Source of the DNA: an uncultured Desulfosarcina sp.
GTDB taxonomy: Bacteria > Desulfobacterota > Desulfobacteria > Desulfobacterales > Desulfosarcinaceae
Assembly (NCBI GenBank): GCA_963674945.2
Contig: CAXXWQ010000004.1
Coordinates: forward strand, 416,001 to 480,000
DNA: 64,000 nt
Direction: 5' to 3'
Both the position numbers and the translations under genes were made by a program. Below the pieces are notes generated by a model that was not told where the DNA came from, made no database searches, and saw only the letters and a list, made by a program, of their open reading frames with translations. Positions 58,698-64,000 of this stretch are shown here, one piece after another; the first letter of the stretch is position 1, and every line of letters starts with the position of its first letter.

Positions 58698-59840
58698 ATG
58701 GACATACTTCTGGAAGATAAACATCGCGTCGTGCGTCAGTCCGTGCGGCGATTTTGTGAACGGGAACTTCGTCCCATTGCCGCGCAGATCGACCAGGAGG
58801 CACGCTTTCCATGGGAGGTTGTCGAAAAAATGGGCAAATTGGGGTATTTCGGCATCCAGGTTCCACAATCGTTAGGTGGTGCAGGTCTAGACGCCATCAG
58901 TTGCGCCATCATCATCGAAGAGATTTCCCGCGTCTGCGCCGCCATCGGTCTTTGCGTCTCCGTTCACAACAGTGTCGCCGTCAACCCCATACTCACCTTC
59001 GGAGATTCGGACCAGATCCAAAAATGGGTGCCTCCCCTGGCAAGGGGAGAAAAAATCGGCGCCTTCTGCCTCACCGAACCCAATGCAGGTTCCGATGCCG
59101 GTGGTATCGAGGCCACGGCCCTTGCAGAAGGAAACGATTATGTGGTCAACGCCAATAAGGTCTTCGTGACCAACGGCGGCGCCGCCGACATCTGCCTGAT
59201 CTTTTGTCGCACGGATCCGGAATCGGGTCACCGGGGGACCAGCGTAGTCGTGGCGGAGCGGGGAACGCCCGGTTTCGTCGTGGGAGACTTGGAGGACCTA
59301 TGCGGCTTGCGGTCCAATCCGGTCTGCTCCATCCGGTTGTACGACTGCAAAATCCCCAAGGCCAACCTGTTGGCAAAGGAGGGGATGGGCCTGAAAATCG
59401 GCCTGGATGCATTGAATTCCGGCCGCATGGGGATCGGTTCCCAGGCCGTTGGCATCGCCCAGGCCGCCCTGGAGGAGTCGGTCCGGTATGCCAAACAGCG
59501 CCACCAGTTCGGTAAACCCATCGGCGGACATCAGGCAATCCAGACCATGATCGCCGACATGGCTACCCAGCTCGACGCCGCCCGTCTGATGGTCTATCGG
59601 GCAGCGGCTTTGAAAGACAAGAAACGTCCTTTCTCCAAAGAAGCAGCCATGGCAAAGCTGTTCGCCTCCGAAACCGCTACCAGAGTGACGGATCTGGCCG
59701 TCCAGATCCACGGCGGCTACGGATACAGCAAGGCATACCCCGTGGAGCGCTACTACCGGGATGCGCGTGTCACCCGTCTCTATGAAGGGACATCGGAAAT
59801 CCAACGCGTGGTGATCGCCAAGAGCGTGTTGGACGGTTAG
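58698..59840 (+). CDS. Acyl-CoA dehydrogenase (butyryl-CoA dehydrogenase-like)
   Basis: AFCLTEPNAGSDA, KVFVTNG, RHQFGKPI, QIHGGYGY, YEGTSEIQR. Confidence 0.95.
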   Translation: MDILLEDKHRVVRQSVRRFCERELRPIAAQIDQEARFPWEVVEKMGKLGYFGIQVPQSLGGAGLDAISCAIIIEEISRVCAAIGLCVSVHNSVAVNPILTFGDSDQIQKWVPPLARGEKIGAFCLTEPNAGSDAGGIEATALAEGNDYVVNANKVFVTNGGAADICLIFCRTDPESGHRGTSVVVAERGTPGFVVGDLEDLCGLRSNPVCSIRLYDCKIPKANLLAKEGMGLKIGLDALNSGRMGIGSQAVGIAQAALEESVRYAKQRHQFGKPIGGHQAIQTMIADMATQLDAARLMVYRAAALKDKKRPFSKEAAMAKLFASETATRVTDLAVQIHGGYGYSKAYPVERYYRDARVTRLYEGTSEIQRVVIAKSVLDG

Positions 59841-59875
59841 CCGTCATCGGATTCCATCGGAAAAGGAGTCATTCA

Positions 59876-60646
59876 GTGCACACCATCGTCTGTATCAAAT
59901 CCGTGGTCACCGACGCCCCCCGGGGGAAAATTGTCCGCGCGGCGGAAAATTGCGCCTTCAATCCCTTCGACCGCCCCGCCCTGGAAATTGCCCTCGAATT
60001 GAAAAAAGTCCATGGTGGATCGGTGACCGTCCTCTCCATGGGGCCGCCCACCGCCGGGGCCATCCTTCGGGAGGCATTGGCCGCCGGTGCCGATCGTGCC
60101 GTACTATTGTGCGATCCGGCATTTGCCGGTGCCGATACCCTGGCCACCGCAACGGTCCTTTGTGCGGGGGCGAAGTACCTATCGCCCTATGACCTACTGC
60201 TTTTCGGCACCCGAACATCGGACAGCGACACGGGACAGGTGGGTTCCCAGACAGGGGCGATGCTGGACATTCCCTTGGTTACCGGCATCGTTCGAATCGG
60301 GGGTACCCCTGCGAATCTGACGGTCCAGCGGGAGGTGGACGGTTTCATCGAAACCTATGAAGTAACATCCCCCGCAGCCTTCACCATCCACCCGAAAGCG
60401 GCACTTCCCAGGGAACCATCGCTGGGTGGTATCGCCAACGCATTCGACGAGATGCCCGTTGAAACCGTCGGAATCGAGCAATTGGATCTCGACGCCCGGC
60501 TTGTGGGAGAAGCCGGATCACCGACGCGGGTGTTGTCCATGAATACGATCAAACGGGATCGCAGTTGCCGATGGATCGATGGAACCCCGCCGCAACAGGC
60601 AGATGCCCTGGTGCGGCAACTGGTGGCGGAAGGCCTGATCGGCTGA
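59876..60646 (+). CDS. etfB: Electron transfer flavoprotein beta subunit
   Basis: IVCIK, NPFD, SMGPP, GADTLAT, DSDTGQVG, GSPT. Confidence 0.93.
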   Translation: MHTIVCIKSVVTDAPRGKIVRAAENCAFNPFDRPALEIALELKKVHGGSVTVLSMGPPTAGAILREALAAGADRAVLLCDPAFAGADTLATATVLCAGAKYLSPYDLLLFGTRTSDSDTGQVGSQTGAMLDIPLVTGIVRIGGTPANLTVQREVDGFIETYEVTSPAAFTIHPKAALPREPSLGGIANAFDEMPVETVGIEQLDLDARLVGEAGSPTRVLSMNTIKRDRSCRWIDGTPPQQADALVRQLVAEGLIG

Positions 60647-60683
60647 AGATTGACGGCAAAAAAACAAACGAAAAATAGCGACC

Positions 60684-62318
60684 ATGACCGAAAAAGCAAC
60701 GAATGAAATATGGGTTTTCGGCGATCTTCGCAGCCGCGCGCTGCTGGACGATAGTTTTGCGGTGTTGACCAAGGCGAGCAACCTCTCCCGAGAAACAGGG
60801 GATCGGATTGCCATGTTCATGTTAACGCCGAAAAGGACCGCATGGTTGACCGCTTCCGAGAATGATAGCTGCGTGATCGAAAAAGAGGCGGCACAAGAAG
60901 CTTTCGCATGGGGCGCAGATGTCGTGTATCTCCTGGAAAACGAACGTTTCGCATCACCGACCGCACATCATTTTTCCGCCGCCGTGGCAAAAATCGTTCA
61001 GGAGAGATCACCCCGGCTGGTGCTTTTTCCTCTCACCGATTTTGGACGCGACGTCGCCTCCCGTGCCGCCGCCATCGCAAGGGCCGGGCTGATGGCGGAC
61101 TGCGTCGAACTCAAGGTTGGCAGTGATGGAGACATCGTTGGAAGATGTCCGGCCTGGGGAGGAGAGATCATGGCTGAAATCGGCTACGTTCCTGGTCACG
61201 GCACCGGTTTCGCCACCGTTCATCCTGTCGGCACTGCCGGTACTGCAGGTGAGAAGGATGAGGGGAAAAAGGGACGGATAGAAAGCATCCCCGTGGCCGA
61301 CCTTCCCACGGGAAACGGCATCCAAATGGTCTCGAGCAAACCGGTTTCGACCAAAGACAGCGATCTGGAAAATGCCAGGACTGTAGTGGTTGGTGGCGCC
61401 GGCTTGGGCAGTATGGAAAAATTCGGTCAGGTCCGGCAACTGGCCGCCGTCCTTGCTGGTGAGGTGGCAGCAACCCGCCCGCCGGTTCTCAACCACTGGG
61501 TCGCCGAAGATCGCTTGATCGGACAGACCGGTAAAACGATCCACCCCGACCTTCTCATCTCCATAGGCACATCCGGTGCCATCCAGTACACCGCCGGCAT
61601 CATGGAGTCGGGCACCATCGTTGCCATCAACCGGGACCCGGCAGCACCAATCTTCCGCCTGGCCGATGTGGGTGTCGTGGCTGACGCCCCTTCCTTCATT
61701 CCCCTTCTCATCACTCGCATCCGGCAGGCTGTTATGCGAAGACTCGCAGACGATGTGTGCGCGGACATTCCCGCTGCTGTAAAGGAGAGTGGGTTCGGCG
61801 ACAAGATCAAGACCCTGAGGGAAGCCCAGGGATGGTCGGTGGAACACCTGGCCGAAGCCACGGGCCAAACGCCGGAATTCATCGCCGACGTAGAGGAGGG
61901 AAAGCTCTCGCCACCGGTTGCATTTCTTCTGCGCCTGTCAACTGCCTATGGTGTGGATCCGGGAACGTTCTTGAAAGACGAAGAGAAAGAGCAGATCCGG
62001 GATCAGCGTGCCCAGGCATACGTCAACCGTACACGCAACTACTCCTACCAGACGTTGACCTCCGGCGCCGAGCATGACCACCTCCGCGCATTCATGATTA
62101 CCATAGAGCCTCACCATGACCACAAACCGGTGGCGTACAAACACGAAGGAGAAGAGTTCATCTTCGTCATGGAGGGGGAACTGGAACTTACATTGGGCAA
62201 CAAAGTGAATCATCTGAAAAGCGGGGAATCCATCCATTTCCATTCCAACATTCCCCACAAACTCAAGAGCCTGACATCTCAAATCACGCGTTGCCTTGTC
62301 ATCTTGTACACGATCTGA
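60684..62318 (+). CDS. etfA: Electron transfer flavoprotein alpha subunit fused to XRE-HTH and cupin domains
   Basis: GLMADC, PAWGG, GGAG, TRP, IGQTGK, GTSGAIQY, AIN; then FGDKIKTLRE...LAEATG and a C-terminal HEGEEF cupin. Confidence 0.92.
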   Translation: MTEKATNEIWVFGDLRSRALLDDSFAVLTKASNLSRETGDRIAMFMLTPKRTAWLTASENDSCVIEKEAAQEAFAWGADVVYLLENERFASPTAHHFSAAVAKIVQERSPRLVLFPLTDFGRDVASRAAAIARAGLMADCVELKVGSDGDIVGRCPAWGGEIMAEIGYVPGHGTGFATVHPVGTAGTAGEKDEGKKGRIESIPVADLPTGNGIQMVSSKPVSTKDSDLENARTVVVGGAGLGSMEKFGQVRQLAAVLAGEVAATRPPVLNHWVAEDRLIGQTGKTIHPDLLISIGTSGAIQYTAGIMESGTIVAINRDPAAPIFRLADVGVVADAPSFIPLLITRIRQAVMRRLADDVCADIPAAVKESGFGDKIKTLREAQGWSVEHLAEATGQTPEFIADVEEGKLSPPVAFLLRLSTAYGVDPGTFLKDEEKEQIRDQRAQAYVNRTRNYSYQTLTSGAEHDHLRAFMITIEPHHDHKPVAYKHEGEEFIFVMEGELELTLGNKVNHLKSGESIHFHSNIPHKLKSLTSQITRCLVILYTI

Positions 62319-62320
62319 AG

Positions 62321-62755
62321 ATGAACGAAAAGACGAGACCCTATATCGGCGTTGCCGTCATCGTCATCAGAGACGGACGGGTACTTCTGGGGAAACGAAA
62401 GAATGCCCATGGCGCGGGAACCTGGCAATTTCCCGGCGGGCATCTTGAATTTGGAGAGTCCATCGAGGATTGCGCCAAGCGTGAGCTTTTTGAAGAGACC
62501 GGACTGACCATCGGTCGCCTGAGGCGAGGTCCGTACACCAACGACATCTTTACGGCCGAAGACAAACATTATGTAACGCTGTTCGTCATCGCCGATGAAA
62601 CCGACGGGGACCCGACGGTCCGAGAACCGAACAAGTGCGAACGATGGGAGTGGTTTCGGTGGTCAAAAATGCCGACACCTCATTTTCTACCCATTGTCAA
62701 TCTCCTCGCCCAAGGATTCTCCATCGAAGCCCGTACCATACCCCGGAGAAAGTGA
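62321..62755 (+). CDS. NUDIX hydrolase (NUDT15-like)
   Basis: VLLGKRKNAHG, FPGGHLEFGES..CAKRELFEETG, HYVTLF, EPNKC. Confidence 0.92.
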   Translation: MNEKTRPYIGVAVIVIRDGRVLLGKRKNAHGAGTWQFPGGHLEFGESIEDCAKRELFEETGLTIGRLRRGPYTNDIFTAEDKHYVTLFVIADETDGDPTVREPNKCERWEWFRWSKMPTPHFLPIVNLLAQGFSIEARTIPRRK

Positions 62756-63612
62756 GATCGTCCATGGGCAGTACCTATCCAACATCAGTTCACGGCGGCC
62801 ACAGCGGACAATTCTGCTCCCATGCCGAAGGTATGCTCGAAGAGATGGTGCTGACCTACATCGACCACGGTTATCCTTGGGTGGGAATCACCGAGCACAT
62901 GCCGCCCGTTTCAGATGCCTTCCTCTATCCGGAAGAAAAAGCAGCAGGACTAACCGCAAACGACCTTAAGAAACGATTTGCCGACTACATGGTTACCTGC
63001 CGCCGCCTGCAAGTCAAATACGCCGGAGATATCCAAATTTATGTGGGTTTCGAGACCGAGGATTACACCGGCAGCCGGGAATACGCCAAGATGTTGATGC
63101 AAGACTTTGCTCCCGATTATATCGTAGGCAGTCTGCACCACGTGAAAGACCTACCTTTCGATTGTGGGCGAAAAGATTACGAAACGGCGGTCTGCGCATG
63201 CGGAGGGATAGAAGGATTGTACGAACACTACTTTGATCAGCAATACGAGATGATTCAAATCCTGCAACCTGCGGTGGTGGGCCATATGGACATCATCCGA
63301 CTGTATGATCCCGACTATCGTGCCCGGATAGCCAAACCAAACATCTGGAAAAGAGTCGAACGCAATCTCAAACGGATCAAAGAATTGAACCTGATCCTCG
63401 ATTTTAACCTGAGACCGTTGTCAAGGGGAGAAGACGAACCGTACCTGTCCTCATCCATTTTGCATCATGCAGGCAGACTCGGCATCGACATCGTTCCCGG
63501 GGACGACAGCCACAGGGTCTCCGATATTCACAAATACATGGATCGTGCCATTGAACTGCTGAAGAAAGCCGGACTGCCGACGGATTGGAAACGACCGACG
63601 GACGATTTGTGA
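62752..63612 (+). CDS. PHP-family histidinol-phosphatase
   Basis: SVHGGHSGQFCSHA, GITEH, GFETE, VGSLHH, VGHMD, GDDSH; start GTG 62752 or ATG 62764. Confidence 0.85.
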   Translation: MRSSMGSTYPTSVHGGHSGQFCSHAEGMLEEMVLTYIDHGYPWVGITEHMPPVSDAFLYPEEKAAGLTANDLKKRFADYMVTCRRLQVKYAGDIQIYVGFETEDYTGSREYAKMLMQDFAPDYIVGSLHHVKDLPFDCGRKDYETAVCACGGIEGLYEHYFDQQYEMIQILQPAVVGHMDIIRLYDPDYRARIAKPNIWKRVERNLKRIKELNLILDFNLRPLSRGEDEPYLSSSILHHAGRLGIDIVPGDDSHRVSDIHKYMDRAIELLKKAGLPTDWKRPTDDL

Positions 63613-63687
63613 TGCGGTCCGGGAATGGATCCTGCTTGATGACGATGATTCAAGTGCATTGAGCAAAGAAAGTTAGATATGCACCCC

Positions 63688-63716
63688 TTGACAGCCAAAA
63701 CGAATTTTCTTAGACT
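63688..63716 (+). promoter_or_regulatory. Sigma70-type promoter
   Basis: TTGACA-17 bp-TAGACT upstream of ATG 63850. Confidence 0.55.
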
Positions 63717-63849
63717 CCTTTTGAGATAGGATAAGAGTGCCGATAAACAATAAAAAAGGGAAAGCGAGGATGGATTTTGAAGTCTCCTCGTCTCTCCTGA
63801 TATCCTGGGGCCATCGGGCATTTTTATCAACGAAAAGGACAACCGGGAA

Positions 63850-64000
63850 ATGAATCATCGTTTTTCCTCTTTAATACACCGTCGCAAATTTCTTAAGATG
63901 GGTGCGTCCGTTCTACTGGCAGCCCTATCCCCTCCTGTTCCATCCTTTGCATTCGAAGGTATCAGTCAGTACGAACGTAATACCTTGTCATTTTTCAACA
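63850..64000 (+). CDS. Partial Tat-exported protein, probably YcbK/DUF882-like; runs off the window
   Basis: MNHRFSSLIHRRKFLKMG twin-arginine signal followed by RNTLSFFN. Confidence 0.55.
   Translation, partial: MNHRFSSLIHRRKFLKMGASVLLAALSPPVPSFAFEGISQYERNTLSFFN

Noticed and set aside
1..64000. Selenocysteine recoding, tRNA, rRNA, riboswitches and anti-phage defence genes
   Set aside because: No in-frame TGA at a catalytic Cys position and no recognisable RNA gene or defence domain were seen by eye; a covariance-model search could still find small RNAs.

Overview
This 64-kb window is GC-rich bacterial chromosome. Its gene content (AhbB, long-form UrocA plus FTCD, several sigma54 systems, TIGR03545/6) suggests a Desulfobacterota-type sulfate reducer, which is an inference. 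From left to right it holds: (1) a truncated COG2403 P-loop ligase gene and a nitronate-monooxygenase-family gene; (2) a five-gene circularly permuted ATP-grasp / alpha-E / transglutaminase / DUF2126 operon behind a sigma54 promoter; (3) a USP-HDAC-Cys-rich-membrane protein string and a TIGR03546/TIGR03545 pair; (4) a rearranged 19-33 kb accessory block with a sigma54 activator, a LolA-like protein, an outer-membrane barrel, two ~1,180-aa MMPL/RND paralogs and an LCM-type methyltransferase, plus remnants of a third MMPL and a second activator; (5) a hutU-ftcD-hutI operon with a ~190-bp intergenic hairpin; (6) a CDF-NifX fusion; (7) a decaying flavodoxin/CMD/AKR/ADH/cupin cluster whose AraC regulator is split by a 2,456-bp IS with a 5-bp target duplication; (8) housekeeping genes (radical SAM, ahbB, mtnA, NUDIX, ACAD-etfB-etfA with EtfA fused to an XRE-cupin module, PHP histidinol phosphatase, partial YcbK-like gene). 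The strongest signal is in block 4: three copies of one promoter module (-24/-12 box, IHF-like site, three ACCA-N4-TGGT boxes) define a regulon, and the block is bracketed by a ~135-bp inverted repeat pair. A ~125-bp palindromic MITE-like repeat is dispersed through the window. No rRNA, tRNA or CRISPR array was seen. All functional calls come from motif recognition by eye, not database searches.
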